Shown piece after piece: positions 36,856 through 46,615 of a stretch of DNA of 64,000 nucleotides. The position numbers and the translations under genes are program-made. The stretch is from positions 576,001 to 640,000 of the forward strand of contig CAXXDQ010000003.1 in assembly GCA_963664325.2 (NCBI GenBank). Reading direction: 5' to 3'. The notes beneath the pieces are model-generated. The model made no database searches, was not told where the DNA came from, and saw nothing but the letters and a program-made list of their open reading frames with translations. The stretch's first letter is position 1. Each line of letters opens with the position of its first letter. The stretch comes from Desulfomonilia bacterium. Lineage in GTDB: Bacteria > Desulfobacterota > Desulfomonilia > UBA1062.

Positions 36856-38430
36856 ATGGCAAAACGGAACTGCCGGGAGTTGATTAAATGCATACCTGTC
36901 GTCCTTTTTATTCTTGCAGCCGTTCTCCTGACAAGTTGCAGCAGCAGTCAAAGCGGAAATTCAGCGCCTGCGCCTCCCGATCACCCTCTTAAAATCGCTG
37001 TATTCGTGGACAATGGCGCATGCGGAGACAAGGTTATCGCATTGTTCAGGACGTTGTCCGCAGCGGGTTTCAAGCCCCTTGGCGTATTATCTGATGATAT
37101 AAACATGGGGCGTTTGAACAGAGCCAACTTCGATGTGTTCATCATTCCTGCCGGTGAAGACGGCTCTCCACAAGGTTACCTGAATCCTCAATACCTCGGC
37201 AATTATGAAACCTGGAAAAATATCGTAACGTTTGCCGAAGAAGGCGGCGGAGTCGTTGGGATCGAGGCAGGAGCCTCATTCCTCTCTTACATCCGCATCG
37301 GCGGGCCTGTCTTCATTGCAACGGCTCCGGGCCCGGGATTGCAGAACTTTACTGTTCTGGACTCTGGCTTCGGCTGTGGCACACAGGCCGCTTACGTGTC
37401 CGCGGGAGGCGGTTATTACGGCCCGTCCGGCGCCGATACCGTGGCGGTTGACGATCTGGGGAGACCTGCAATAGTTAGCTATAAGTTCGGGAAGGGCCGC
37501 GTCGTTTTCTGTTCCTTTGACCCGGAACTGCGCGGCGATTCTGAGTTGGATTGGACGATTTGGGATAACTGGGATTTGGGCGGAGTTCACCCGAATTCAG
37601 TGGGGTGCTGGGTTCTTTTGGCCCGTATGGTAAACTGGGCTTGCTCCGGAAATGCATCTGCCCCGGACATTTCCGCCACAAACCCGGCCGGTTCCCGCGT
37701 AGCCATAGTTTCGACACATACCGCCAATGGCGGTCCGTCTCCAAGCCTCCAACCGGCTTTTGCCCGGGCCATCGAATCTGCCGGGCACTTACCCCTGGCC
37801 ATCCGTTTTCAGGAGATATATGACGGCAGTCTGACCACACAAAACTTTGATGTTGCGGCATTTCCCGGCGGAACAGTTGCCGGATATTCATACGGGCTTT
37901 CGGGATATGAAACCGCCATTCTCAATTTTGTATACCAGGGAGGAAGCTACTACGGCGTTTGCGCCGGAGCTTATTACGCTTCGGCCTACATGGTCTGGAA
38001 CGGCAGTTACTATAACGTCCCTCTGCTTGGTCTCTTTCCGGGCACGGACACGGGACCGCTTACTGAAATCGCACCCTGGCCTAATTGGGCGTTGACCCCC
38101 GTAAAAATAAATGACCCGGTTCTTGGCGACATGGGAACTCAGCAGCAGATGTACTATGGCGGCGGGTGGAAGAGCCCGGATCCTTTCGTGGAAGTGGCGG
38201 CCACTTACGTAGTTCCGGGGTCGCACTACGGCGCGGCTGACGCCATTCGTTTCACCTACGGGAGCGGACGGATATTTATCGTGGGAACGCATCCGGAAGC
38301 AAGGTCAGGAAGCACTGAAGACTGGCTCTACTGGGACGATTGGGCTCCCGGGACCAATACGCCGGTGGTCAACCCGGACAACCCGTGGATATTTGTGGAT
38401 GCAATCTTCAACAAATGGTTGATCCATTGA
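36856..38430 (+). CDS. Lipoprotein with two tandem BPL-N/class I glutamine-amidotransferase-like domains
   Basis: LTSC lipobox; GGGVVGIEAGA...GKGRVVF...DPE and GGSYYGVCAGAY...GSGRIF...HPE. Confidence 0.7.
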   Translation: MAKRNCRELIKCIPVVLFILAAVLLTSCSSSQSGNSAPAPPDHPLKIAVFVDNGACGDKVIALFRTLSAAGFKPLGVLSDDINMGRLNRANFDVFIIPAGEDGSPQGYLNPQYLGNYETWKNIVTFAEEGGGVVGIEAGASFLSYIRIGGPVFIATAPGPGLQNFTVLDSGFGCGTQAAYVSAGGGYYGPSGADTVAVDDLGRPAIVSYKFGKGRVVFCSFDPELRGDSELDWTIWDNWDLGGVHPNSVGCWVLLARMVNWACSGNASAPDISATNPAGSRVAIVSTHTANGGPSPSLQPAFARAIESAGHLPLAIRFQEIYDGSLTTQNFDVAAFPGGTVAGYSYGLSGYETAILNFVYQGGSYYGVCAGAYYASAYMVWNGSYYNVPLLGLFPGTDTGPLTEIAPWPNWALTPVKINDPVLGDMGTQQQMYYGGGWKSPDPFVEVAATYVVPGSHYGAADAIRFTYGSGRIFIVGTHPEARSGSTEDWLYWDDWAPGTNTPVVNPDNPWIFVDAIFNKWLIH

Positions 38431-38460
38431 TCTTCATGGTCAGGGCAACAGACCGTTAAT

Positions 38461-38855
38461 GTTTGGCAAGCATCTATAAAAAATATAATCTTATTAACAG
38501 ACGAATTTCTCGCAATCTTTCTTAGACTCTCTAAACTTATCCATGTTTCTTCTATATTTTCAGCGGAATCCTCACTATCATATGCAGATAAGTATGAGAT
38601 TTAATTATAATTACAACCATGACCAGCATAAAAGAAGATCAGCTTGTCTCCTGAATTCATATCGTCACAGAATTTTGTAAATTTCCTTGGTAAAGAAGAT
38701 ACCGTGACCTGTTTATCAATAAGTATGAGTGGAACCGATGTTAAAAGATTTTCATGGATAACTTTTGAAAAAACGGTTGCATCATTATTACAGTATGGAA
38801 TAGATTCCAAATCATCATACTCACTGACACCAACAGAAAATATTTTTAACCCCAT
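38461..38855 (-). pseudogene. Caspase/metacaspase (C14) pseudogene
   Basis: VGVSEY...PYCNNDA...FFYAGHG, in-frame TAA at 38601-38603, then the same frame continues to IIFFIDACQ (catalytic Cys motif). Confidence 0.85.
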
Positions 38856-38986
38856 ATTTACTCCATATTATTTTTTTGCTTACAATCATCAACGATCTAT
38901 TCTAACATTCAAAGTCAGCGGCGATGTATAACTTTATCGCTTAGCATCTCCCCTTTATCATAAGGTTGAGCTTCGTTTGTAGCCCT

Positions 38987-39577
38987 TCATTTAACGAAGA
39001 ATTCCTCGGCCTTAACCAGAAAATGTTCATAGAACTTAGCACCAACATCAGCAACCGCAATGACGTTAGTTGGATCAACGGGGTTGCCGAGATGAGAGGT
39101 TGGAACTGGATAAACACGACTGCGATTTTTTATTGGAAGCAGCGTAGTTTTAGCCGGGAGGAAATCGACTCTTATTTTCTGGGGCGACTCGATCAAGATG
39201 TTACCGTTGTTGATTTCCATGTGATCGATATAAAGACTATTTCCCTCTGCGGGATAGATTCCTATGCTACTAGGCTCTCTGCCAACAATTTCATTAACTG
39301 TGTGTTCGTCTGCTCCACGAGCGTTGACCAGATATGAGAGCAGAGGGTCCGTCTTTCGGAGACCTTCAAACTGTCCTTTCCATCCATTCCATTTCGGACT
39401 TTTGCTGAATTGACTTACTCCCTTATTCCAGACTCGCTCCAAGCGCCCAAGAAATTCCTTCCATGCGTCCTCAAATTCGTTGAGAGTTTTAGAGTTATTC
39501 ATTTTATCAATGGCGGCTCGTGCCTTAGCTAGTTCAATTGAAGGCTGATCTGAATGCTTCATGGCTACGATGCTCAA
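38987..39577 (-). CDS. Hypothetical protein
   Basis: 196-aa ORF in the accessory islet; YLVNARGADEH could be a HEPN-like R-x4-H motif (unverified). Confidence 0.6.
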   Translation of the reverse strand: MSIVAMKHSDQPSIELAKARAAIDKMNNSKTLNEFEDAWKEFLGRLERVWNKGVSQFSKSPKWNGWKGQFEGLRKTDPLLSYLVNARGADEHTVNEIVGREPSSIGIYPAEGNSLYIDHMEINNGNILIESPQKIRVDFLPAKTTLLPIKNRSRVYPVPTSHLGNPVDPTNVIAVADVGAKFYEHFLVKAEEFFVK

Positions 39578-39834
39578 CTATTGATTATATTGCATGTGTG
39601 ATTTGTTAATTCATTACCATCGTTAATACAGACTACCAAATTAATTAAGCTCAAGATGTTCAAAATATTCCCCTTCCAGCTTCAAAAGATGGAAAATACC
39701 AATATACCAATATTATACTGCTACGGCATAATAATGCAAAATCATTAACTCAATATGTTTACAAAATATCATTCCAATTGCTTCTCAGCAATATCGTACA
39801 TTTAAAATAGCTCTACAGCCGAATGATATGAACG

Positions 39835-39897
39835 ATACAGGGTGTTAGAACGAACCGAGGAAGCGACAAAGGTATGCGAAGTTATAACATCCTGTAT
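39835..39897 (-). repeat. Palindromic intergenic element, copy 3 (short form, reverse orientation)
   Basis: Reverse complement caggatgttataacttcgcatacc...tcctcggttcgttctaacaccctg matches both ends of copy 5. Confidence 0.75.
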
Positions 39898-39901
39898 GAA
39901 A

Positions 39902-40939
39902 TCAGGCGGCGCCTTTCAGCAATTCGTCGGACGGAAGATTCTTATCAAGTATGAACTCAAGTATCTTGTCCCTGAAAATGTCGGGGTTGTTGATGAATTC
40001 AATGCCCAGCTGTGTATTCTGGATGGCGTTTTCAGTCCTGACAGACCGGATGATCCCCTTGCCGGTGACATCTCCCTTGGGCAGATTTATCTTTATGCTG
40101 GGCAGGTTCATGCCGTCTATGAACGGGATTTCCTCTTCGAGAATCTCCGCCCCCATGCCTTCGATGCTTATGTCCCATATTACAACCGGGATTTCATTCA
40201 AATTGATGGGGTGCACAAGCTTTGCGGTGAGCGGCTCGTCGCCTGTTATCAGGTATCTGGCCATGCTGCGGCGGCTTATATAGCTGACCTCGGTAGGCCA
40301 CGTGGTCTCGATAATGTTTTTTATGATATTGACCACCTTGGCCGTGAAGATCATCACATTGATGCCCTTGAAAAGGTAGAAAGTATAGGTCTTTCCTGTT
40401 TCGGGCTCATAGGGAAGCCTTAATTCGGAAATCCTTACTATCCTCAGAACCATGTTATCGTCATCAGGCCTCAGATAGAAGAACTCGGCAGGGATGGCCT
40501 TGTTCTTGTGAATCATGAGCATATCGCCGAACCCGCGTGACCATCTCTTGATCTCGCTGAAAAGTTCATGAACCTTGTCATTGCCTTTAATGACGCGGAT
40601 GCTCTGGCCGTTGGCGTCCCGGAGTTTTGTATAGGCCTCGATCGGCGTATCCTGCGGGGAAAATTCTATGCCCGCCCGTGACGGAACTCCGGGTCCGATA
40701 TAGGCAACCCTTCCGTTAATGTTGGCGGCAATGACGTTGCCGCCTTTCTCCAGGGCGTCTATAGTGAGTTCTTTGCCTTCCTTGAAATAGGAGAACCCGT
40801 CAGAGATCAGAATACCCATTCCGCCGATCGATATGTCAAGAATCGGCAATTTGATCTTATGCTTGTCAATTTTTACATTGGCATGAAGATCATGAAGATA
40901 GTTTGTCTTCCTTCGTCTGTTTTCTCTCTTTTCTTCCAT
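39902..40939 (-). CDS. Tandem PilZ-domain (c-di-GMP binding) protein
   Basis: RENRR...DISIGG and RRSMAR...DISIEG; GIEF motif twice. Confidence 0.8.
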   Translation of the reverse strand: MEEKRENRRRKTNYLHDLHANVKIDKHKIKLPILDISIGGMGILISDGFSYFKEGKELTIDALEKGGNVIAANINGRVAYIGPGVPSRAGIEFSPQDTPIEAYTKLRDANGQSIRVIKGNDKVHELFSEIKRWSRGFGDMLMIHKNKAIPAEFFYLRPDDDNMVLRIVRISELRLPYEPETGKTYTFYLFKGINVMIFTAKVVNIIKNIIETTWPTEVSYISRRSMARYLITGDEPLTAKLVHPINLNEIPVVIWDISIEGMGAEILEEEIPFIDGMNLPSIKINLPKGDVTGKGIIRSVRTENAIQNTQLGIEFINNPDIFRDKILEFILDKNLPSDELLKGAA

Positions 40940-41038
40940 TGGAGATATAATCGGATTGCCTGTAGTTAAAACTTTAGAGAATAAATCATTTGTTTTATAA
41001 TTATTTTAAAAATATTTTTTATCTATCATAACAGGCTG

Positions 41039-42178
41039 TTATTCCTTTATTATTTCTCTGGCTATGACAATGCGCTGAATTTCCGAGGTCCCTTCATAAA
41101 TTGTCGTAGCCCGGGCATCCCTGAATAATCTCTCGACCTTGTAGTCTTTTGTATATCCGTAACCTCCATGAACCTGAATCGCCATATAAGCGGCCTTATT
41201 GGCGGTCTCCGATGCAAAGAGCTTTGCCATTGACGCCTCTTTCGTGAATTTAAGCCCCTTGTCCTTGCGGTCGGCGGCCGAGAGTGTAAGCCATGAAGCG
41301 GCTTCAATCCTGGTGGCGGTGTCGGCAATCATGAACTGGATGGCCTGGAACGAACTGAGGGGTTTTCCGAACTGCCGTCTTTCTTTCGTATATGAAACCG
41401 CTTCGTCGAGACAGGCCCTGGCAACCCCCGTCGCCTGGGAGGCAATGCCAATGCGTCCGCTGTCCAGGGCGCTCATGGCGACCTTGAAGCCTTCTCCGGG
41501 ATTCCCGAGCAGGTTTAGTGCCGGAACAACGCAGTCCTCAAATACCAGTTCGACGGTGTTGGATGCCTTCAAGCCGAGTTTTTCTTCCCTCGTGCCGACT
41601 TTGAAGCCGGGCATATCCGGCGTAATGATAAATGCGGATAGCCCCTTCGGCCCTTTGTCCTGACCGGTCCTGGCAATAAGGTTGATTATGTCTGCATACT
41701 CTCCGTGGGTAATGAATACCTTGGTACCGTTTATAATATAATTAGGGCCCTTGAGTTCTGCTTTTGTAGACATACCGCCCGGGTCTGAACCTGCGCCGGG
41801 TTCGGTAAGTGCGAAAGCCCCGAGTTTTAATCCTTCTGCAAGGGCGGTAAGCCATTTTCTTTTCTGTTCTTCGCTGCCGAATTTCAGAAGAGGTTCGGTT
41901 GAAAGGTTGGCAACGGACATGGTGACGGCACTTGATGCACAGGAATATGCTATCTCCTGCAGCGCAAGGCTGTAGGCTACTGCGCCGGCCCCCGAACCCC
42001 CGTATTCCACCGGGACCATCATGCCGAGAAGCCCGAGTTCGCCCATCTTTTTTATGGCCTCTATCGGGAATTTTCCCTGCTTGTCCCAATCGGATGCATT
42101 GGGCTCGAGTTCCTTCCTGGCAAAGTCCCTTGCCATGAGCCTGATCATTGTCTGTTCGCTTGAAAGTTCGAATGCCAT
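41039..42178 (-). CDS. Acyl-CoA dehydrogenase
   Basis: [43 protein letters not shown]. Confidence 0.95.
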   Translation of the reverse strand: MAFELSSEQTMIRLMARDFARKELEPNASDWDKQGKFPIEAIKKMGELGLLGMMVPVEYGGSGAGAVAYSLALQEIAYSCASSAVTMSVANLSTEPLLKFGSEEQKRKWLTALAEGLKLGAFALTEPGAGSDPGGMSTKAELKGPNYIINGTKVFITHGEYADIINLIARTGQDKGPKGLSAFIITPDMPGFKVGTREEKLGLKASNTVELVFEDCVVPALNLLGNPGEGFKVAMSALDSGRIGIASQATGVARACLDEAVSYTKERRQFGKPLSSFQAIQFMIADTATRIEAASWLTLSAADRKDKGLKFTKEASMAKLFASETANKAAYMAIQVHGGYGYTKDYKVERLFRDARATTIYEGTSEIQRIVIAREIIKE

Positions 42179-42187
42179 GGCGTTTGC

Positions 42188-42733
42188 TTACGGTATATAC
42201 AGCACTACAAGCAGCTCGGTCTTTTCGTCAGAGGGGTTGCTGAGCGCATGGTGCAGGGCTGAATTGAAATGGATGTGTTCACCCTTTACCAGGTTGCTGA
42301 TATTTCTACCTACAGAGATATTAAGTTTGCCCTTCAGGACATACACGAATTCTTCGCCGTCATGGTGGTATTCCACACCCTTGTGTTCCGTGTTCGGTTC
42401 AATCGTTACGAGATATGCCCCGAGGTGCTTGTCCGAGCCGGATTTTGTTAGCTGAGTGTATGCATATGAACCGGCCCTTATTTTCTGGCTCTTGGCGCGA
42501 TCGGATGCTTTTTTCCCGGCATCGTCCAGGGTTTCCACATCCACCTTGAGAGTCCGGCTTAATTGAAGAACCAGGGCTACAGGAGGAGTTATCTCATCGC
42601 ATTCGACCTTTTCGAGCAGGTCTGCCGGATAGCCTGTTTCATGGGCGAGTTCCTTGATGCTGAGGCCCCTGTCCTCGCGGTAGCATTTCACACTTTGGCC
42701 GAAAGATTTTTTTGTTTCCTTAGCTTTTGCCAT
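42188..42733 (-). CDS. XRE-family HTH/cupin transcriptional regulator
   Basis: REDRGLSIKELA HTH; HDGEEFVYVLKG...HFNSALHH cupin. Confidence 0.85.
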   Translation of the reverse strand: MAKAKETKKSFGQSVKCYREDRGLSIKELAHETGYPADLLEKVECDEITPPVALVLQLSRTLKVDVETLDDAGKKASDRAKSQKIRAGSYAYTQLTKSGSDKHLGAYLVTIEPNTEHKGVEYHHDGEEFVYVLKGKLNISVGRNISNLVKGEHIHFNSALHHALSNPSDEKTELLVVLYIP

Positions 42734-42747
42734 TGTCCGTTTTCCTT

Positions 42748-43563
42748 CTAAAATTTTGGTTTTCGCTTTTCCAGCATTGCGGTTATGGTTTCCTTGAGGT
42801 CGTCCGAGGGGAGTATCATGGAACTTCTGGCTGCGACATATTCAAGGCCGTCGGCTATGCTCTTGCCCCGGCAGAAATTCAGGACGTCCTTGGCGCTCTG
42901 AACGGCTAGCGGTGAACATGAGGCAATCTCGAGCGCCAGTTCTCTGGCAGCTGCGAGCAGGGATTCCTTGTCCGGGTAGACATCGTTGACAAGGTGCATT
43001 TCACGGGCGCGCGCCGCATCAAAATATTTCGCCGTATAGGTGAGCTCGCGTGTATATCCCTGGCCGATTATATGGGGGAGCCTCTGAAGGCTTCCGACGT
43101 CCGCCACTATCGCAACGGCAGCTTCACGCACGGACATCTTTGCATCGGCCGAGGCGAGCCTGATATCGCATGCGCTTGCCATATCGAGAGCAGCGCCTAT
43201 ACAATAGCCGTGCATTGCGCATATAACCGGCTTGCTGCACTTTTCAATACAGCTCATGGTGTCCTGCAGCGGGAAGATGCTCTTGAAGAGCTTGACCTTT
43301 GTAGCGGGTTTCATGTCCCAGTCATTCAGGCCGGGGATTTCGTTTCCCATGGCCACGAGGTCAATGCCAGCCGTAAAGTCTTTGCCTTCGCCTGCAATTA
43401 TGACGCATCGGATTGAGTCGTCCTTGTCCATATCGTCAAAAATGGGGATTATTTCCCTCCAGGCGGCGGGGCCCATGGCATTCTTCTTTTCGGGCCTGTT
43501 CAGGTATACCCACGCAATCGGGGCTTCTTTGATGATTTTGTAGAAAGTATAGTCTTCACTCAT
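42748..43563 (-). CDS. Crotonase/enoyl-CoA hydratase family (dienoyl-CoA isomerase-like)
   Basis: LNRPEKKNAM, FTAGIDL, KPVICAMHGYCIG, ADVGSLQRLP. Confidence 0.9.
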   Translation of the reverse strand: MSEDYTFYKIIKEAPIAWVYLNRPEKKNAMGPAAWREIIPIFDDMDKDDSIRCVIIAGEGKDFTAGIDLVAMGNEIPGLNDWDMKPATKVKLFKSIFPLQDTMSCIEKCSKPVICAMHGYCIGAALDMASACDIRLASADAKMSVREAAVAIVADVGSLQRLPHIIGQGYTRELTYTAKYFDAARAREMHLVNDVYPDKESLLAAARELALEIASCSPLAVQSAKDVLNFCRGKSIADGLEYVAARSSMILPSDDLKETITAMLEKRKPKF

Positions 43564-43638
43564 GGCAACCTCCTGAAATTCGAGTCAACAAATTAAGGCG
43601 AGAAATCGTATTTGTCAAAAGGAAAAGAAATTGCGAAA

Positions 43639-43672
43639 ATTGCATGCAATAAATAAGATAATATGCTATGAT
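43639..43672 (+). promoter_or_regulatory. Candidate operator and extended -10 upstream of the LacI-linked operon
   Basis: Perfect palindrome attgcatgcaat (43639-43650); TG-c-TATGAT at 43664-43672. Confidence 0.35.
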
Positions 43673-43678
43673 TGTTCC

Positions 43679-44812
43679 ATGAGAAAAGACATGGAGCATA
43701 TATTCGAACCATATCCGATGAAAGGCGTGTCTGTCCGGAACAGGCTTGTTGCGCAGGCGATGGAGATCAATTCGGCAGGTGCGGGCGGAAGTGTGAGTGA
43801 GAAGATTGTCGACCGCTACAAAAAGCTTGCGCTGGGCAAATGGGGGATCGTTTTTGTCGAAGCGGTATCCGTCACCCCTGTTTCGCTTGCCAGAAAAAAC
43901 GGGCTTGTCATGTCAGAAAAAAATTTAAGCGGTTTCAAGAGACTTGTTCATGAATTCAAGAGATATGATGAAAAGGCCCTTATAATGTTTCAGCTCACGC
44001 ATGCCGGACGCGTCGCCTGTGATTATTCCAGAAAGGCGTGTATCTACAGCGAAGGCAACCAGGACATCGTCCAGCTGACATCAGCTGAACTGGACAGGAT
44101 CAGGGAGGACTTTGTCGGGGCCTGCAAACTTGCTCATGACGCCGGTGCAGACGGTGTAGACATAAAGGCATGTCACGGCTACCTGCTTGGCGAAATGCTC
44201 AGGCCTGCCAATACGCGGTGTGATGTTTATGGCGGGAATGCTGAAAACCGTGCAAGACTTATCTGTGATATAATAAAAGATGTGAAACGCAGTTACCCGG
44301 GTCTCATTATCGGGTCCCGCATTTCTTTTTATGAGGGCATACGGGGCGGATGCGGCACGGCATCGGCAAATGAAGTGGTCGAGGACCCGGCTGACATTCT
44401 TGGAACAACGGGCCGTATTGTCAGGGCCGGGGCCGATTATATCAATGTCTCTGCAGGCATTCCTTCCGTGACCCCAAAGCTTACGCGCCCGGGTGAAGAC
44501 GGTATCTTCAACATGTACTCTCATTTCAGATACGCCAGGGAGATTAAGGACCATATCCCAGGTACAACCGTAATCGGCTCCGCATATTCGGCAGGCTTGA
44601 AGGCATCCGCCGGGTTCGCTGACGAAAACATCGGAAAGTGTTATGTCGACCTGGCGGGATTCGGCCGGCAGAACCTCGCCGATCCGCTTTTTCCGCTCAA
44701 GCTTGAAGAGGACCCCGGTTCGATCAGATGGTGCAGACTGTGCGGCGGGTGCTCGAAACTGCTGAAAGCGATGAAGAACGTAGCCTGCACGCTTGACAGG
44801 GAGGCCTCATGA
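43679..44812 (+). CDS. NADH:flavin oxidoreductase (Old Yellow Enzyme-like)
   Basis: NRLVAQAME, QLTHAGR, AGADGVDIKACHGYLLGE, YGGNAENRAR, CRLCGGC. Confidence 0.85.
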   Translation: MRKDMEHIFEPYPMKGVSVRNRLVAQAMEINSAGAGGSVSEKIVDRYKKLALGKWGIVFVEAVSVTPVSLARKNGLVMSEKNLSGFKRLVHEFKRYDEKALIMFQLTHAGRVACDYSRKACIYSEGNQDIVQLTSAELDRIREDFVGACKLAHDAGADGVDIKACHGYLLGEMLRPANTRCDVYGGNAENRARLICDIIKDVKRSYPGLIIGSRISFYEGIRGGCGTASANEVVEDPADILGTTGRIVRAGADYINVSAGIPSVTPKLTRPGEDGIFNMYSHFRYAREIKDHIPGTTVIGSAYSAGLKASAGFADENIGKCYVDLAGFGRQNLADPLFPLKLEEDPGSIRWCRLCGGCSKLLKAMKNVACTLDREAS

Positions 44813-45789
44813 AAGGGCGTCCGGCATCGACACTCGCGGATATTGCGGCAAGATGCGGCGTGTCGGCCAGCACCGTTTCGCGGGTTTTGAACAATGCTCC
44901 GGGAATTTCGCGCGATGTCCGTCAGAAAGTGCTTGAATCAGCTCAGGAAAATAATTTTTCTCACAAAAGACGCAGGCGGCACATGAGCCGGACACAACTC
45001 AGGCTCGTTGTTGTTATCCCGGAAAAGTCTGAGACCTTAACAAACCCTTTTTTCACCATAGCCGATCTGATAGCCTCAATAAACAGCGTGTTTGACGGTA
45101 TCTGGAAGACACTTGAGGTTGTGAGCTATCAGGAGCTCTCGGATGCCATACTCAAAAAAGACATACATGCCGATGGAGTGATATTTGCCTTTGGCTCCGC
45201 ACGGAAACCTTTTCTGGAAAAACTTGAGCAGAAAGGTGTTCCGTATGTTTTTTTAAACAGGGGGGAAGGAAATTATGTTTCATGCAACAATTTCAAGGGC
45301 ATGCTCAAGATGGCCGAATACCTGATGTCAAAAGGAAAAAGGGCGATAGGCTATCTGGGATACCCCGACAATCCCGTCAACATGGACAGGCTCAGGGGAT
45401 ATTCCACTGCAATGACTGAATCAGGGCTTTTCAGGGGGGAACTGATCAGGAATGCCCACGGGGTCGATGGAATAAGTGGTGACGATGCAGTATTTTTTCT
45501 TAAAAACTGCGATGCCGTGATGTGCTTTAACGATAATTTTTCAATCAGGCTCATCGGCGAGATAAACAGGCTCGGGAAATCAGTGCCTGAAAAGATTTCG
45601 GTTACGGGTTTTGACGATTCGCCTATGAGGAGGCTTTTCAGGCCGCTAATAACGACCGTAAGCCTGTCTACTTATGAAATGGGTTTTTATGCCGCCAGAT
45701 GGCTCAAGGATAACATTGTCCACAAGACTAACAGGACATTGAGGCTTGAAGTTGAAGGAGAACTGCTTGAAGGTGAAACAGTGAAATAA
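44809..45789 (+). CDS. LacI-family transcriptional regulator
   Basis: TLADIAARCGVSASTVSRVLN; VPEKISVTGFDD...LITTV. Confidence 0.9.
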   Translation: MKGRPASTLADIAARCGVSASTVSRVLNNAPGISRDVRQKVLESAQENNFSHKRRRRHMSRTQLRLVVVIPEKSETLTNPFFTIADLIASINSVFDGIWKTLEVVSYQELSDAILKKDIHADGVIFAFGSARKPFLEKLEQKGVPYVFLNRGEGNYVSCNNFKGMLKMAEYLMSKGKRAIGYLGYPDNPVNMDRLRGYSTAMTESGLFRGELIRNAHGVDGISGDDAVFFLKNCDAVMCFNDNFSIRLIGEINRLGKSVPEKISVTGFDDSPMRRLFRPLITTVSLSTYEMGFYAARWLKDNIVHKTNRTLRLEVEGELLEGETVK

Positions 45790-45827
45790 TAATGGTGGGA
45801 AAACGAATTATTCATGGAGCGTGAAGG

Positions 45828-46586
45828 ATGGGTAAAAAGAAGACAGCACTCGTAACCGGTTCAACGGCCGGAATCGGAAAAGCGATCGCATTAATGCTAG
45901 CAGGACTTGGCTGTCATGTTCTGATAAACGGCAGGCGGGAGGCATCGGAGGTAAGGCAGCTGATTTCAGAAATAAAAGCCCTTTCAAAAAGCTGCACCTA
46001 TATTAATGGTGACATATCCCATAAAGAGACAAGGGATAGAATTATTGATATTGTAGATTCCATGGGCGGGCTTGATATCCTGGTTAACAACGCAGGGATA
46101 TCCACTCGGTCCAGGAAGGATATATTGAACCTTGAAGAGCGGGACATAATGGAAGTCTTCAAGGTGAACCTCATTGCCCCGATGCTTCTGACATCAGCCC
46201 TTGTGCCTTTCATGCAAAGGGGCAAGGACCGGTCCTATATAATAAATATTTCATCCATATCCTCATACACCGCCAGTACGAACAGGGCGGATTACTGCAT
46301 CAGCAAGGCCGGACTCTCCATGATGACCGGACTCTTTGCCGCCCGGCTTTCAGAGGACAATATAGGCGTTTTTGAGATAAGACCCGGCATAATTTCCACC
46401 GACATGACTGCGCCAGTAAAAGAAAAATATGACAAATTCATTGCAGGGAGGGGGCTGCCCATGCCCAGGTGGGGACAGCCTAAGGATATTGCAAAGGCCG
46501 TAGAAGCTGTCGTGCTCGGGTATTTCCCGTATTCAACCGGGGAAGCAATAAACGTGGACGGCGGTTTTCATATCAGGAGACTGTAA
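45828..46586 (+). CDS. Short-chain dehydrogenase/reductase
   Basis: TGSTAGIG, LVNNAG, YCISKAG, EIRPGIISTDMT, NVDGGFHIRRL. Confidence 0.9.
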   Translation: MGKKKTALVTGSTAGIGKAIALMLAGLGCHVLINGRREASEVRQLISEIKALSKSCTYINGDISHKETRDRIIDIVDSMGGLDILVNNAGISTRSRKDILNLEERDIMEVFKVNLIAPMLLTSALVPFMQRGKDRSYIINISSISSYTASTNRADYCISKAGLSMMTGLFAARLSEDNIGVFEIRPGIISTDMTAPVKEKYDKFIAGRGLPMPRWGQPKDIAKAVEAVVLGYFPYSTGEAINVDGGFHIRRL

Positions 46587-46615
46587 TAATAAGGAGACAG
46601 TATCCAGGAGACAGG

